Source: an uncultured Acidobacteriota bacterium | GTDB taxonomy: Bacteria > Acidobacteriota > Blastocatellia > RBC074 | Assembly (NCBI GenBank): GCA_963796275.1 | Contig: CAWCKY010000001.1 | Location: 576,001-640,000 of the forward strand | Length of the DNA: 64,000 bases | Reading direction: 5' to 3' | Shown: positions 20,125-32,017 of the stretch, one piece after another | Position numbering within the stretch: position 1 is the first letter of the stretch | Layout: each line of letters starts with the position of its first letter | Program-made: the position numbers and the translations under genes | The notes under the pieces: generated by a model | Databases searched by the model: none | Told to the model about the DNA's origin: nothing | Seen by the model: only the letters and a program-made list of their open reading frames with translations

Positions 20125-21021
20125 CTATTGCATATTGAGCTCCAGCAATGTTGCGGGATCAACATAAATCCCCTGCCATCTCACTCCGACGTGGAGATGC
20201 GGGCCAGTCACTCTTCCGGTGGCTCCGCTGTATCCCACGATTTGACTTCTTTTGACGCGATCGCCCTCTTTCACATTTATATCGGAGAGATGCATGTACA
20301 GAGTCGCGAGACCGCATCCGTGGTCGATTACGACAAATCCGCCTTCATAAAACAGGTCGCGGGCAATGATCACTCGCCCGCTATTCATGGCCTTGACGGG
20401 AGTCCCGATATCGGCGCGAAAATCGAGGCCTTGATGGACGCTCTGCCGGACTCCATTGAAGGTTCGCTCAGTGCCGAATCGCTCGGTTATCACATTATCG
20501 ACCGGATTAACGAAACGTCCGGACCACAAATATTTCGCCGAGGTATGATCAAATAGCTCGCTCTTTAATGCCCTCTCTTGAACGATACGATCCAGCATCT
20601 CATCGTCAGGTTCCGTGTACTTGCGGGGAACTCTGAGGTCGATCGTGCGGTAATCCGTATCGCCTACCGTGACGAAGTGGCTTGAGGATATTCGCTTGCC
20701 GCTCGCTAATTTTGATTCAAGTTTGAGTTTGTGCTTCCCGGAAACCGTATCAATGCCTATGCCGGCGAAACCGTACCACGTCCTGCTCTTGGCGTCAAAA
20801 TGGAAAAACACGCGGCGTCTTTGCCAGAGACCGGTGAGCGATCTCAAGTTTCTTGATGCCCTAACCCGAAAAAGGCAGGGCGAGCCATTGACCAAGGCTC
20901 TTGGTGTCCAATTCACCGATAACACGGACGATGATCGAGTTTGCCTCGCTTCAGCCATACCCGTATGCGTCGCGAGCAGCAGAATCGAGAGTAGAAGCAT
21001 TTTTTTAAAGGCGCTCTTCAT
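20125..21021 (-). CDS. M23 family metallopeptidase
   Basis: HQGLDF, YMHLS, GPHLH; signal peptide; 4-bp overlap with pyrD. Confidence 0.93.
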   Translation of the reverse strand: MKSAFKKMLLLSILLLATHTGMAEARQTRSSSVLSVNWTPRALVNGSPCLFRVRASRNLRSLTGLWQRRRVFFHFDAKSRTWYGFAGIGIDTVSGKHKLKLESKLASGKRISSSHFVTVGDTDYRTIDLRVPRKYTEPDDEMLDRIVQERALKSELFDHTSAKYLWSGRFVNPVDNVITERFGTERTFNGVRQSVHQGLDFRADIGTPVKAMNSGRVIIARDLFYEGGFVVIDHGCGLATLYMHLSDINVKEGDRVKRSQIVGYSGATGRVTGPHLHVGVRWQGIYVDPATLLELNMQ

Positions 21022-21962
21022 AGCTCAACAGTTCCGACCAATGCGCTGATATTCTCCAATCTGTTGCGCAAACAATAGTCAGCCAGTCCGTCGATGATCT
21101 TCATTGATACGGTCGGGTCGTAGAAATTGGCTGTGCCGACCTGTACCGCGACGGCTCCCGCAATTATAAATTCGAGCGCGTCTTCAGTCGTCGCAATTCC
21201 GCCAATCCCCATCAACGGTATCTTGACGGCGCGGAACGCCTGAAAGATGCACCGGACTGCTATCGGTTTGATGGCGGGCCCGGATAACCCCCCTGTGATA
21301 TTTGCCAGTCTGGGCCGCCGCGTGTTGATGTCAATCGACATGCCGACGGCCGTATTGATCAGCGACAATGCGTCGGCGCCGGCATCTTCGACTGCCCGCG
21401 CGATGGACGCAACATCCGTAACGTTAGGCGAAAGCTTAACGATGACTGGACGGCTCGATGCCCGTTTGACCGCTGCCGTCACCTCGGCCGCCTGCCGCGC
21501 ATCATTGGCGAAACTTTCACCCCCGGCTTTCACATTCGGGCACGAGATATTCAGCTCATAACCATCGATGCCCTCGCCGTCTTCGAGTATTTCGATGGCT
21601 TCAATGTACTCGTCGACCGTGTAACCGAAGACATTCGGAATGATGCGCAGGTCATACCTGCGCAATGCCGGAAGCTTCTCTTCAATGAACGCCCGCGCTC
21701 CGATATTTTGCAAACCGATCGCGTTGAGCATCCCACCGTGAGTCTCAACAATGCGCCAGGGCGCGTTGCCGCGCATCGGCTCCGCCGACAGCCCTTTCGT
21801 GCAGACTCCGCCAAGCCGGTTGAGATCGATCAAATCCGCCATATCCAGGCCGTATCCGCACGTCCCGCTGGCGGTCAGCACGGGGTTATTGAACCGTATG
21901 CCCGCTATTTCCATGGAAAGCAATTCCGGTTGCGGGTTGTTATCCATCTCGACGACTCCCAC
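21018..21962 (-). CDS. pyrD: Dihydroorotate dehydrogenase, family 1B catalytic subunit
   Basis: [42 protein letters not shown]; true start may be a few codons later. Confidence 0.96.
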   Translation of the reverse strand: MGVVEMDNNPQPELLSMEIAGIRFNNPVLTASGTCGYGLDMADLIDLNRLGGVCTKGLSAEPMRGNAPWRIVETHGGMLNAIGLQNIGARAFIEEKLPALRRYDLRIIPNVFGYTVDEYIEAIEILEDGEGIDGYELNISCPNVKAGGESFANDARQAAEVTAAVKRASSRPVIVKLSPNVTDVASIARAVEDAGADALSLINTAVGMSIDINTRRPRLANITGGLSGPAIKPIAVRCIFQAFRAVKIPLMGIGGIATTEDALEFIIAGAVAVQVGTANFYDPTVSMKIIDGLADYCLRNRLENISALVGTVEL

Positions 21963-22061
21963 TGGTCATTGGCTTTTGCATAATGATCATAGGCCTTGCC
22001 ATCTATGGAATGGGGATCGGAGAACAAAGGGCAAATCACGTTGGATGGTCGTCAATCTATA

Positions 22062-22472
22062 TCATTTCGAAATCTGATCGGCAAATTTTAGTAAAAAACG
22101 TTTGTCTTTGAGATATGTGAGGCGATCTACTGCCTCGCGGATTGTGAGCCATTCGCAACTTTCTATCTCATCTGTCGGCACAAAGTTCGATTCTCCCAGA
22201 GCCTCCATATGCCAGTAGAAGACAACTTTCGGTCTATCCCTGACGAGATATTTGGTGAACCCCGCGAAACCGATGATAAAGGTTTCGTATCCGGTCTCTT
22301 CCCACACTTCGCGCTGCGCCGCTACATCCCAACCCTCGCCATCGTCGATATGTCCCTTGGGAAATTTCCAGCCCCGATCGTTGCGGCTCCGGATCAGCAG
22401 GACTTCTCTGCCGTCCTGGGTATTTCTCCAAACGATCCCGCCTGCGCAGTAAATGATATCCTGACTCATCAT
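22062..22472 (-). CDS. NUDIX hydrolase
   Basis: [24 protein letters not shown] Nudix box. Confidence 0.92.
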   Translation of the reverse strand: MMSQDIIYCAGGIVWRNTQDGREVLLIRSRNDRGWKFPKGHIDDGEGWDVAAQREVWEETGYETFIIGFAGFTKYLVRDRPKVVFYWHMEALGESNFVPTDEIESCEWLTIREAVDRLTYLKDKRFLLKFADQISK

Positions 22473-22481
22473 AGTATCTAG

Positions 22482-23306
22482 TCACCAGTGAAGTTCATCG
22501 CTCCGGAACACAGGCCCGTCTGTACAGACCTTCTTGTAAACGAACCCTTCGGGGCAATCGGCCTTGACGGCGACTGCGCATCCTACACAGATGCCGAAAC
22601 CGCACGCCATTGGTGACTCGAGCGATAGTTCGGCGGGGATCGCGTGTTGATCGGCGATCTGGGAGACGCGATGCAACATCGCGTCGGGACCGCAGGCATA
22701 GATGATCATCGGATCGCCGCGATGCGACTCCAGATATTTTTCCAGCGGAATAGTGACAAAACCCATCTCACCATAGCTTCCATCTACGGTCGCCCCTACC
22801 ACTCGATCGATCGATAGCAGATCGATAAAATCATTGATCCCGCAAAGATCGCCACGATTTGCGCCGCCGATGAAAAGCCTGGTCCGTGTTGCGCGCGCAG
22901 CCAATTCTTCCGCCAGCATAAACAACGCGGCCGAGCCGACGCCGCCGGCCACCAGCAGAGCCTCGCGCCCGCGCGCGGCCTCGATGTCGTATGTGTTACC
23001 GAGGGACCCGAGAAAATCGACACCATCGCCAGGCTTCAGTGTACCCAGCATATGTGTGCCTCGCCCGAGAACCTGATAGATGAATTCGACGATTCGCGCG
23101 TCGTTCACCAGCTCGCTCCTGTAATAAGCCATCGCGCGGCGCAGCAGCGGTTCGTAATGCCCGTGAGGTTTGATCATCGCGAACTGCCCCGGTAATACGG
23201 GAATCGGCGGGTCGATCCGCAACCGCAGCTGTCTATAATTCCGCGAGGCAGACGCGATGGCAGCATTGCTTTCAACAGTGGCAATCGTATCGATCATTGG
23301 CGGCAT
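22482..23306 (-). CDS. pyrK: Dihydroorotate dehydrogenase electron transfer subunit
   Basis: [27 protein letters not shown]...VCTDGPVF 2Fe-2S motif; alternative start 23297. Confidence 0.93.
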   Translation of the reverse strand: MPPMIDTIATVESNAAIASASRNYRQLRLRIDPPIPVLPGQFAMIKPHGHYEPLLRRAMAYYRSELVNDARIVEFIYQVLGRGTHMLGTLKPGDGVDFLGSLGNTYDIEAARGREALLVAGGVGSAALFMLAEELAARATRTRLFIGGANRGDLCGINDFIDLLSIDRVVGATVDGSYGEMGFVTIPLEKYLESHRGDPMIIYACGPDAMLHRVSQIADQHAIPAELSLESPMACGFGICVGCAVAVKADCPEGFVYKKVCTDGPVFRSDELHW

Positions 23307-23460
23307 TCTTTTTATATATTCATAAAGAGGTAAGCCAAAGTTTAGCAGGAAGTAGACCGGAATGTAACGGAGGTGTTATATTCCAGTCTCACTCAAGCAT
23401 CAATAAATATGATCTGGCAAATACATCCGGACAGAGTGCCGGCATCTCCGGGAGTGCGAA

Positions 23461-24006
23461 ATGGACTTCGTTGAAAAAGCCTGTGTCATGACAGACGCGG
23501 ATATGGCCCGTGTGCTGGCACGGATGGCGACACAAATAGTGGAAAACAATCCTGATCTGTCAAACGTGATGTTGGTGGGTATCCGGCGCCGCGGAGTGCC
23601 GCTGGCTTCACGCCTCGCCCATAAGATCAGGGAGATGGACGGTGTGCAGGTGGTCACCGGCGCTCTCGATATAACGCTTTATCGCGATGACCTGAGCACC
23701 GTCGGTGATCGACCGGTCGTCAACAGGACAGACCTGCCGGCGAATATTACGGGAAAAACTATTATCCTGGTGGACGATGTGCTTTATACCGGCCGGACGG
23801 TGCGCGCCGCGCTTGACGAGTTAATCGACTTCGGTCGCCCACGCCGTGTCCAGCTGTGCGCCCTGATCGATCGCGGCTGGCGCGAATTGCCCATTCAGGC
23901 CGATTATGTCGGGAAATTTGTCACCACGACTGAAAATGAGATCATAAAAGTTATGTTGCCGGAGTTCGATGAGAAGGAACAGGTGTTGTTAGTCGAACCC
24001 AATTAA
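23461..24006 (+). CDS. pyrR: PyrR family regulator / uracil phosphoribosyltransferase
   Basis: [36 protein letters not shown]. Confidence 0.95.
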   Translation: MDFVEKACVMTDADMARVLARMATQIVENNPDLSNVMLVGIRRRGVPLASRLAHKIREMDGVQVVTGALDITLYRDDLSTVGDRPVVNRTDLPANITGKTIILVDDVLYTGRTVRAALDELIDFGRPRRVQLCALIDRGWRELPIQADYVGKFVTTTENEIIKVMLPEFDEKEQVLLVEPN

Positions 24007-24152
24007 TTGCGTATTGCCATGCATACATCAGAAAAACGTAAAAAAGACCGCACAAAACACAAAATATGCCATTTGTGCTTCGCGGTACCTTGCACGATTT
24101 TTGTGGTGAATCGCTCGGCGATCCGCAATCTGTAATCCGCAATTTCTTAAGA

Positions 24153-25091
24153 ATGCCGCTTCATCGCAAAGACCTGCTTGGAATTTCCGACCTCAAAGTT
24201 GAGGAGATCAATCTCATCCTCGATACTGCTGAAACATTCCGCGACGTCAATCGGCGACAGATAAAGAAAGTCCCGACGCTGCGCGGCAAAACGATCATCA
24301 ATCTCTTCTTTGAAGCATCGACGCGTACTCGCACGAGCTTTGAAATTGCGGCGAAACGTCTGTCAGCCGATGCCATCAACATCTCGGCGTCGTCCTCGAG
24401 CGTAGTCAAAGGCGAGACATTGATCGACACGGCTATGAACCTGCAGGCGATGGCTCCGGATGCCATCGTCATTCGCCATTCATCATCCGGTGCGCCTCAT
24501 CAGATAGCACAGATCGTCAGCGCGGCAGTGATCAATGCCGGAGACGGGGCGCACGAGCATCCGACGCAGGCATTGCTCGACGCCATGACTATCCGGCAGA
24601 ACAAAGGCCGGATCGCAGGATTGAAGGTCGCAATCATCGGAGATGTGTTGCACAGCCGGGTGGCCCGCTCCAACGCGCATCTTCTCTCAAAACTCGATGC
24701 GCACGTCGTCCTGGCGGGTCCGCGAACCTTGTTGCCGCTGGGTTTTGAAAAACTGATAGAGCCATCCGAAGGCTCAGTCACCTTCGCCGCAAGCATCGAG
24801 GAGGCGATCAGGGATGCGGATGTCATCATGATGCTGCGCATCCAGCTCGAACGACAAGCCGGCGGATTCTTCCCCAGTCTGCGCGAATACTCGATCCACT
24901 TTGGTTTAAACCGCAGGCGCTTGCAGATGGCGAAGCCAGATGCGATCGTCCTGCATCCGGGCCCGATCAATCGCGGAGTCGAGATCGATTCGGATGTCGC
25001 AGATGGACCCTTCTCGCTCATTCTGGATCAGGTGAGCAATGGAGTTGCGGTGAGGATGGCAACCCTTTACTTGTTGGCAGGAGGAGACTAA
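24153..25091 (+). CDS. pyrB: Aspartate carbamoyltransferase catalytic subunit
   Basis: [25 protein letters not shown]; start re-assigned to ATG 24153 (MPLHRKDLL). Confidence 0.96.
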   Translation: MPLHRKDLLGISDLKVEEINLILDTAETFRDVNRRQIKKVPTLRGKTIINLFFEASTRTRTSFEIAAKRLSADAINISASSSSVVKGETLIDTAMNLQAMAPDAIVIRHSSSGAPHQIAQIVSAAVINAGDGAHEHPTQALLDAMTIRQNKGRIAGLKVAIIGDVLHSRVARSNAHLLSKLDAHVVLAGPRTLLPLGFEKLIEPSEGSVTFAASIEEAIRDADVIMMLRIQLERQAGGFFPSLREYSIHFGLNRRRLQMAKPDAIVLHPGPINRGVEIDSDVADGPFSLILDQVSNGVAVRMATLYLLAGGD

Positions 25092-25191
25092 AGGGAGAGA
25101 AAGACAAAGGCAAGAGGCGAAAACTGGATTTATGTCCTTTTTTCTATTGCAGCAATTGCCGCTTTTTCTATCTCCATTCACTATTCTATTT

Positions 25192-26469
25192 ATGTCATCA
25201 ATCTTGATAAGAAACGGTACGATCATCGACCCCTCACAATCCCTCGAAGCTCGCCGCGATCTGCTCATCAAAGATGGTCGAATCGCAGCAATTGAAGACA
25301 ATATCAAGGTGGAGGACATCGAGATATTTGAGGCCGATGGGTTTATCATCGCGCCCGGATTTATCGATCTTCACACCCATCTGCGCGAACCGGGGTTTGA
25401 ATATAAAGAGACGATTGAAACAGGGGCAAGGGCTGCCCTGGCCGGCGGGTTCACCGCGGTCTGCTGCATGCCGAATACGAAGCCCGTGAATGACAACTCA
25501 TCGGTCACCAGCTTCATTATCGAGCAGAGCAAAGCGGCCGGACTCGCTAACGTATTTCCCATCGGCGCTATCACGCAGGGATCGAAAGGCGAACAGCTGG
25601 CTGAAATCGGCGAAATGAAAAAGGCCGGAATCGTTGCGATCAGCGATGACGGAAAACCTGTGTGCGATGCGGGTCTGATGCGTAGGGCAATGGAATATTC
25701 GCGCGATTTCGACCTGCCGGTCGTCGATCATTGCGAAGATTGTTCGATAGCCCCGGGCTGGTCTATGCACGAAGGCAAATACTCGGCTCTGCTCGGTCTG
25801 AAAGGTTTGAGCGGAGCCGCCGAAGACTTGCACGTTGCGCGCGATAGCAGGTTGGCGGAAATGACGGGCGCGCGTGTCCATATAGCTCACATCTCGACCG
25901 CGAGGTCGGTTGATATAATGCGAGATGCGAAACGGCGCGGCCTGAATGTTACCTGTGAGGTCGCCCCTCATCATTTCACCATGACTGATGCCGATGTTTA
26001 CACGCGGAATTTCGATACGAACACCAAAATGGCCCCTCCCTTGCGAACACAAGAAGACCTCGAGGCGATCATCGAGGGTCTGCGCGATGGGACAATAGAT
26101 GCCATCGCTACAGACCACGCGCCTCACCACGCCAACGAAAAGATGCTCGAATACGATCACGCCCCCAATGGCATCCTCGGCCTGGAAACAGCAGTCAGTC
26201 TGACACTCGATCGCCTGGTTAATCGCGGAGTCATCACCCTGACCCGTATGGTCGAATTGCTCTCTTGTAATCCCGCGCGGATATTCAATCTCGATCGCGG
26301 AACCTTGAAGGTGGGCCGCGTCGCTGATGTATCTATATTCGATCCTCAACTTCAGATCCAAGTCGATTCTTCCAAATTCCTTTCGAAAAGCCGTAACACA
26401 CCATTCGATGGCTGGCTATTGAAAGGTGCTCCTGTCGCAGCTATTGTCGCCGGCCGAACCTCTAGATAG
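25192..26469 (+). CDS. pyrC: Dihydroorotase
   Basis: [21 protein letters not shown]; start re-assigned to ATG 25192 (MSSILIRNG). Confidence 0.96.
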   Translation: MSSILIRNGTIIDPSQSLEARRDLLIKDGRIAAIEDNIKVEDIEIFEADGFIIAPGFIDLHTHLREPGFEYKETIETGARAALAGGFTAVCCMPNTKPVNDNSSVTSFIIEQSKAAGLANVFPIGAITQGSKGEQLAEIGEMKKAGIVAISDDGKPVCDAGLMRRAMEYSRDFDLPVVDHCEDCSIAPGWSMHEGKYSALLGLKGLSGAAEDLHVARDSRLAEMTGARVHIAHISTARSVDIMRDAKRRGLNVTCEVAPHHFTMTDADVYTRNFDTNTKMAPPLRTQEDLEAIIEGLRDGTIDAIATDHAPHHANEKMLEYDHAPNGILGLETAVSLTLDRLVNRGVITLTRMVELLSCNPARIFNLDRGTLKVGRVADVSIFDPQLQIQVDSSKFLSKSRNTPFDGWLLKGAPVAAIVAGRTSR

Positions 26470-26793
26470 GCTCTTTACCCGATGCCGGCGCTAATATCTA
26501 ATTCAACCAGATTTATTTATTCAAATTCTCACTTCTTCCTCTTTCAAATTTTCTCTTCCTTTATAATTATTTAGATTAGAATTCCTGTATCTTCACCTCC
26601 GGGCATCTTTCCGATCGACTAAATTCTCTTTTGACAAGAACTAAAAGATTAGCTTAGATATGCCTAGTTTTCTGAAACGCCCCTTTTGCCAAACTCCCCT
26701 GATGTGCCCCGTTTAATTTGCCCCGCGAGAAATCGCGCAGAGTCGGTTTCCCCCTCACTTAATCTTTAACAATTAATTAAGGAGTTTTTAGAT

Positions 26794-28383
26794 ATGCAGC
26801 AATTGGCACGTATTGGTGCATACCTGTGTTTGTGTCTCTTTTTATCAGTTAATTTAAATATCGATCGAGTATTTGGGCAATCAGCTGTTGATGGCAAGTA
26901 CGACATCGGTAATCCGACCGTAGTTGAGATATATCTCGATCCGGTCAACGGCAATGACACGAATGACGGGAAATCCAGGACGAACGCCTATAAAACGTTG
27001 AAGGCGGCTTGGGGAGTGATACCTGGCAACACGCAACTCACCAGTGGATACCGCATCAACATACTTCCAGGGGTTTTGAGTTGCCCAAGTAATTGCAATA
27101 ACTATCTGGCGCAAAAATATGGGACGAAACAATTTCCCATCATCTTGCGCGCGGCGGACGGAAGAGGCACGGTGACGATTCAGGGGGGATTGAACGTTTA
27201 TAAGGTGAATTTCCTATATCTGATCGATCTCAACATCGTAGCGGGCAACGGGGTTGGGGCATTTTCGAACAATGTGCTCCACTTCGAGAGGGTTTATCAC
27301 CTTCTTATGCGGGGCCTCACGGTGACGGGACTCAATCCCCAGGAATTTCAGGAAGTGATCAAGGCAAATCAATGTCAGGTAATCTATCTTGAAAATAGCG
27401 ACATCAGCGGATCGCGCAGCACGGCTGTCGATTTCTTCGCTGTTCAGTGGGGACACATCATCAACAATCGCATCCACAATGCTGGAACCTGGGGGATGTA
27501 TCTCAAGGGCGGGTCTGGATATTTTCGTATTGAGGGGAACGAAATCTACGACTCGATGTTCGGTTTTGGAGCTGGAGAAGGCAGCAACCTGTCGTATTTG
27601 GAACCCCCGTATCTGCACTATGAGGTGTACGACATAAAGTTCATCAACAATGTATTGCACGATATTCCAGGCACCGGGATAGCAGTTATGGGCGGATATA
27701 ACGTCCTGCTGGCGTATAACACGCTATACAAGATTGCCTATAACCAGGGACCGACTTATGGAATATTGACTCTCGGTTATGGGATCCGCATCTGCAATGA
27801 TGCGAACGGGTCGTGTAAAAAGATGACCGATATGGGCGCCTGGGGGGCGAGCGTTCCGCAGGATGCGTCCATATCGTATGTAATTCCGAACCGGAACGTT
27901 TATATTTACAATAACGTCCTCTATAACCCGACGCCTCAACAGACCACATATGGACACTTTGTGATCTATGGGCCTAAGGCGAAGCCCCCCACATTTCTGA
28001 ATATGCCGGAGACTCTGTCGACAGATCAGAACCTGCAAATCCGGGGGAATCTCATATGGAATGGGCCAACGAACCAGCAGCTTGGGATCGAATTGCCCGA
28101 TCGAGGCTGCCAATCTTCTAACTCTACCTGTAATTCCACGCAATTGCAGGTTGACAACACAATCAACGTGGTCGAGCCGAAACTGTTGAATCCAGCCCTT
28201 GGAGATTTCCATTTCGCGCCGGACTGCAATCTGGATAGAGCGAAGTCATATGCGATCCCTGATTTTAGCTGGGGCGATGCGCCAGCCGTAGATGTGGGGA
28301 ATTTGAGTAATGCCATCGCCAATGACCGTGACAGCCGATCTCGGGCGCGGACCAATGCGCCGGGGGCCTATATAAAACCCTAG
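26794..28383 (+). CDS. Secreted right-handed parallel beta-helix protein
   Basis: Signal peptide, YLDPVNGNDTNDG..AYKTL motif, repeated xxNNxIh beta-helix rungs, C-terminal PGAY. Confidence 0.8.
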   Translation: MQQLARIGAYLCLCLFLSVNLNIDRVFGQSAVDGKYDIGNPTVVEIYLDPVNGNDTNDGKSRTNAYKTLKAAWGVIPGNTQLTSGYRINILPGVLSCPSNCNNYLAQKYGTKQFPIILRAADGRGTVTIQGGLNVYKVNFLYLIDLNIVAGNGVGAFSNNVLHFERVYHLLMRGLTVTGLNPQEFQEVIKANQCQVIYLENSDISGSRSTAVDFFAVQWGHIINNRIHNAGTWGMYLKGGSGYFRIEGNEIYDSMFGFGAGEGSNLSYLEPPYLHYEVYDIKFINNVLHDIPGTGIAVMGGYNVLLAYNTLYKIAYNQGPTYGILTLGYGIRICNDANGSCKKMTDMGAWGASVPQDASISYVIPNRNVYIYNNVLYNPTPQQTTYGHFVIYGPKAKPPTFLNMPETLSTDQNLQIRGNLIWNGPTNQQLGIELPDRGCQSSNSTCNSTQLQVDNTINVVEPKLLNPALGDFHFAPDCNLDRAKSYAIPDFSWGDAPAVDVGNLSNAIANDRDSRSRARTNAPGAYIKP

Positions 28384-28430
28384 GGCAAAGTGGGGTTAGC
28401 TTTATCCAGGGCCAGGCGTTAAGGACGGAA

Positions 28431-28468
28431 GAAAGAGGCAAAGAAAAAAGAGATTCTTTGCCTCTTTC
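28431..28468. terminator. Hairpin, probable intrinsic terminator
   Basis: GAAAGAGGCAAAGAA / TTCTTTGCCTCTTTC perfect 15-bp stem downstream of the CDS ending at 28383. Confidence 0.65.
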
Positions 28469-28614
28469 CTATTCTTACGAGTCTTAGCGGCATTGCGTGA
28501 TATCCGTATCTACGAGTGGATGGGGATATGAAGCTCCAGTATTGACAGTTGATGGTCATCCGGCCAAGACTATGCAGACCAATTTTCACTGTACTCATAT
28601 TGGGAGCTATTCAT

Positions 28615-29484
28615 ATGATCTGCACCCGGCGCAGCTTTATTAGACTAGGAGCGGCATCAGCGGTTTCGACCGTTTTAGCGGGCCGACATCTCATTGCTTA
28701 TGTGCAAGAGAAAGGTGTGAAATTCAAAGTCGGTGTAACCGATTGGAATCTCAGGCAGACGGCAAAGATTGAATCGGTTGCATTGGCTAGGAAGATCGGA
28801 TTCGATGGAGTGCAGATCAGTATAGGCAGGCAGATGCAATTGAAGGATGCGGCATTGCAACGGGCTTTTCTCGATGAAGCGAAGCGCGCGCAGTTTCCCA
28901 TCGCTTCCGTGTGCCTCGACATATTGCACGTCAATGGTTTGAAATCCGATCCGCTCGGTCAGCGCTGGGTTGCCGAGTCGATACCGATTGCGAAGGCGAT
29001 GGGAGTGCAAGTTATCCTGCTTCCTTTTTTCGGCAAGTGGGCGCTGCAGACGACAGATGAGATGGATTACGTCGGCGCTGCTCTGCGTGAGATTGCGCCC
29101 GAGGCAGAAAGAGCCGGGATAATTCTCGGGCTAGAAGATACGATATCTGCTAAAGACAACGTACGGATTATGGAGCGCACGAAATCACCCGCGGTGTTGA
29201 CGTACTACGATGTGGGCAACTCAACTCAGCAGGGCTTTAATATACTGGAAGAGATTCGCTGGCTGGGCCGTGAGAGGATCTGCGAGGTGCATTTGAAGGA
29301 TAACCCGAACTTCCTCGGTAAGGGCAAGATAGATTTTCCAGCCGTAGTCGATGCGCTGGCGGACATAGGCTTCGATAAATGGGCTCAGCTCGAGACCGAT
29401 AGTCCGACTCGTTCGATTGAAGATGATATGAATGTGAATCTCAAATATATTCGCGGCGTGATTGCAGACAGGGATAAGAGGTGA
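28615..29484 (+). CDS. Tat-exported sugar phosphate isomerase/epimerase (xylose isomerase-like TIM barrel)
   Basis: TRRSFI Tat motif after ATG 28615; GFDGVQ, LGLED, YDVGN, EVHLKD. Confidence 0.88.
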   Translation: MICTRRSFIRLGAASAVSTVLAGRHLIAYVQEKGVKFKVGVTDWNLRQTAKIESVALARKIGFDGVQISIGRQMQLKDAALQRAFLDEAKRAQFPIASVCLDILHVNGLKSDPLGQRWVAESIPIAKAMGVQVILLPFFGKWALQTTDEMDYVGAALREIAPEAERAGIILGLEDTISAKDNVRIMERTKSPAVLTYYDVGNSTQQGFNILEEIRWLGRERICEVHLKDNPNFLGKGKIDFPAVVDALADIGFDKWAQLETDSPTRSIEDDMNVNLKYIRGVIADRDKR

Positions 29485-30203
29485 CAGAAAACGGAATGCA
29501 GACCCCACCCTTGCTATCAATTCTGATGCCCGTATACAACGAGGTCAGGACGATCAAAGAGATAATCACGCGAGTTGGGGATGTCGAGCTCGGCGCAATT
29601 CGCAGAGAGTTAATAATTGTCGATGACTGTTCGACCGATGGCACTCGCGAAATATTGAAGGAGCTCAGTCAAAATCCGGCGCGCAAAATCTACTTTCACG
29701 GACAGAATATGGGCAAGGGGGCGGCGCTGCGCACGGCCCTGACCTATGCGACGGGTGATCTCATCATAATTCAGGATGCTGATCTCGAGTATGATCCCAA
29801 GGAATATGCTGAGTTGATCAAGCCGATCCTGGAGGGGCGCGCAGATGTCGTTTACGGGTCGCGACTCTCCGGCGCCAAGGTAAAGCGCGCATTTAATTAC
29901 TGGCATTATGTGGGCAATAAATTTCTGACCTTGATTACCAATCTGCTCTACAATTCTATCCTCTCGGATATGGAGACCTGTTACAAGGTATTTCGCGCGG
30001 ATGTGATCAAAAATATTCAGATAAAATCGAACCGATTCGACTTCGAGCCGGAGATCACTGCGAAAGTGCTCAAGCGCAAATATAAGCTTTATGAGATGCC
30101 GATTTCCTATTATGGACGCGATTTTTCCGAAGGTAAGAAGATCACCTGGCGCGATGGATTCGCGGCGGCCTGGGCCTTGATTAAGTACCGTTTTATAGAT
30201 TGA
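29481..30203 (+). CDS. GT2 glycosyltransferase (DPM1-like)
   Basis: MPVYNE, VDDCSTDGT, NMGKGAA, QDADLEYDP. Confidence 0.93.
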   Translation: MTENGMQTPPLLSILMPVYNEVRTIKEIITRVGDVELGAIRRELIIVDDCSTDGTREILKELSQNPARKIYFHGQNMGKGAALRTALTYATGDLIIIQDADLEYDPKEYAELIKPILEGRADVVYGSRLSGAKVKRAFNYWHYVGNKFLTLITNLLYNSILSDMETCYKVFRADVIKNIQIKSNRFDFEPEITAKVLKRKYKLYEMPISYYGRDFSEGKKITWRDGFAAAWALIKYRFID

Positions 30204-30232
30204 TTTTGCCGTGGTAAAATTCGCGCCTAACT

Positions 30233-31216
30233 ATGACGCCAACCATATCAGTAATCCTCCCCGTCTATAATGAGCGAGAGACGCTCGAATTGCTCGCCTC
30301 GAGGCTCGTCCCGGTCCTCCAGGAGAACGCTAAAGGATCATTCGAGATAGTCTTCGTGGACGATGGCAGCCGCGATGGATCCGATCGGATCGTCGATTCG
30401 TTTCATGAAACGGATCCGAGAATCAAAGCGATCCATTTTTCACGGAACTTCGGGCATCAGGCCGCCCTGCAAGCAGGACTCGACGCAGCAACAGGCGATG
30501 CGGTGGTCTTAATGGATGCTGACCTCCAAGACCCGCCTGAGGTGCTCAATAAGTTTATCGAGCTTTGGAGAGAAGGCTACGATGTCGTCTATGCAGTGCG
30601 GAAAAAACGCAAAGAACGGATATTCAAGCGTGCTGCTTATGCCATGTTTTATCGCACTATGAAATTGATCGCCGAGATCGACGTGCCGCTGGATGCCGGT
30701 GATTTCTGCTTGATGGATCGACGGGTGGTCAACATTTTGACCTCTCTGCGGGAACGTAACCGGTTTTTGCGCGGATTGCGCAGCTGGATAGGCTTCAAGC
30801 AGATCGGCGTGGAATATGAACGTGATGCGCGCCATGCGGGCGACCCGAAGTATACTTTGCGGAAATTAATCGGCCTGGCGTTTTCCGGTTACATAGGGTT
30901 TTCGGCGATGCCGTTGCGGATGGCAGTCTGGTTTGGTCTGCTCGCCGCTGGTATGGGGTTTCTCGTGGCTGTCTGGGCGGTCTTCACCAAACTTGCCGGT
31001 ATCTACAGCCCGACAGGATGGGCATCGACGATTGCAGTGATCATGTTTATCGGCGGTGTGCAGCTATTGATGCTGGGTGTGATCGGTGAATATTTGAGTC
31101 GTGTTTACGATGAAGTCCGGCAGAGACCGCATTACATCGTCAGATCACAGGTGGGATTTAAACGGTCTGAAATCGAAGCTGACGAGAAGAGCGAATCGGC
31201 AGCTATAGCAACCTAA
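30233..31216 (+). CDS. GT2 polyprenyl-phosphate glycosyltransferase (GtrB-like)
   Basis: SRNFGHQAA, DADLQDPP, GDFCLMDR, two C-terminal TM helices, RPHY. Confidence 0.93.
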   Translation: MTPTISVILPVYNERETLELLASRLVPVLQENAKGSFEIVFVDDGSRDGSDRIVDSFHETDPRIKAIHFSRNFGHQAALQAGLDAATGDAVVLMDADLQDPPEVLNKFIELWREGYDVVYAVRKKRKERIFKRAAYAMFYRTMKLIAEIDVPLDAGDFCLMDRRVVNILTSLRERNRFLRGLRSWIGFKQIGVEYERDARHAGDPKYTLRKLIGLAFSGYIGFSAMPLRMAVWFGLLAAGMGFLVAVWAVFTKLAGIYSPTGWASTIAVIMFIGGVQLLMLGVIGEYLSRVYDEVRQRPHYIVRSQVGFKRSEIEADEKSESAAIAT

Positions 31217-31248
31217 ATAAATATCAGCTTGAACGGTGAGTTTATCAG

Positions 31249-32001
31249 ATGAAGCGTCAGTTTGCGGAACAGTATGCAAATTTGGAGTCTTGGCATTGGT
31301 GGTTTCGTGGTCGCCAGCTCATTCTTGAAAGCGTATTGCGCTCACAATTGAATGGGAAAAAATCTTTTGCGATTGCTTCACTCGGTTGCGGACCCGCTGA
31401 AGGTTTGCTCTGGCTTAGACCATTCGCCGGGCCTGCCGGGCGCGTCGTCGGCATCGACGCCGAGCCCCTTCACGCACGCCAGAAGCCGCCAAACATAGAG
31501 TACGTCATAGGAAATATCGAGACTATTCCGATGGCTGACAGATCTTTCGATGCGGTCCTCGCCCTCGATGTGCTGGAGCATCTGGATGATGATGTTGCGG
31601 GGTTGCGTGAAGCCGCGAGATTGGTAAAGCCGGGAGGACTGCTGCTGATCACGGTTCCCGCTTTGCCGAGTCTATGGGGCGGGCAAGATGTAGTCAGCAA
31701 TCATCGTCGCCGTTACGTCAAGAAAACTCTGCGCGAAGTATTCAATCGCGCCGCACTCCCGCTCCCGCGAGTCACTTATTTCAATAGCTTGCTCTTCGCG
31801 CCGGTTGCCGGAGTACGATGGACTCGCCGATTATTGGGGCGGGAGGAGCGTGCGCGTAGTGATTTCGATGATTCTCGCCCTGGTCAGGTGAACAATATTC
31901 TAACCGGTATCTTTGCCGCCGAGCAGCATCTGGTAAATCGAATCTCGCTCCCCATCGGAGTCAGTCTGCTTGCGACCTTACGTATAGATGCAGCCAGATA
32001 G
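31249..32001 (+). CDS. Class I SAM-dependent methyltransferase
   Basis: HWWFRGR, LGCGPAE, LDVLEHL, VKPGG, HRRRY. Confidence 0.9.
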   Translation: MKRQFAEQYANLESWHWWFRGRQLILESVLRSQLNGKKSFAIASLGCGPAEGLLWLRPFAGPAGRVVGIDAEPLHARQKPPNIEYVIGNIETIPMADRSFDAVLALDVLEHLDDDVAGLREAARLVKPGGLLLITVPALPSLWGGQDVVSNHRRRYVKKTLREVFNRAALPLPRVTYFNSLLFAPVAGVRWTRRLLGREERARSDFDDSRPGQVNNILTGIFAAEQHLVNRISLPIGVSLLATLRIDAAR

Positions 32002-32017
32002 GTTTACTACCGACTGC

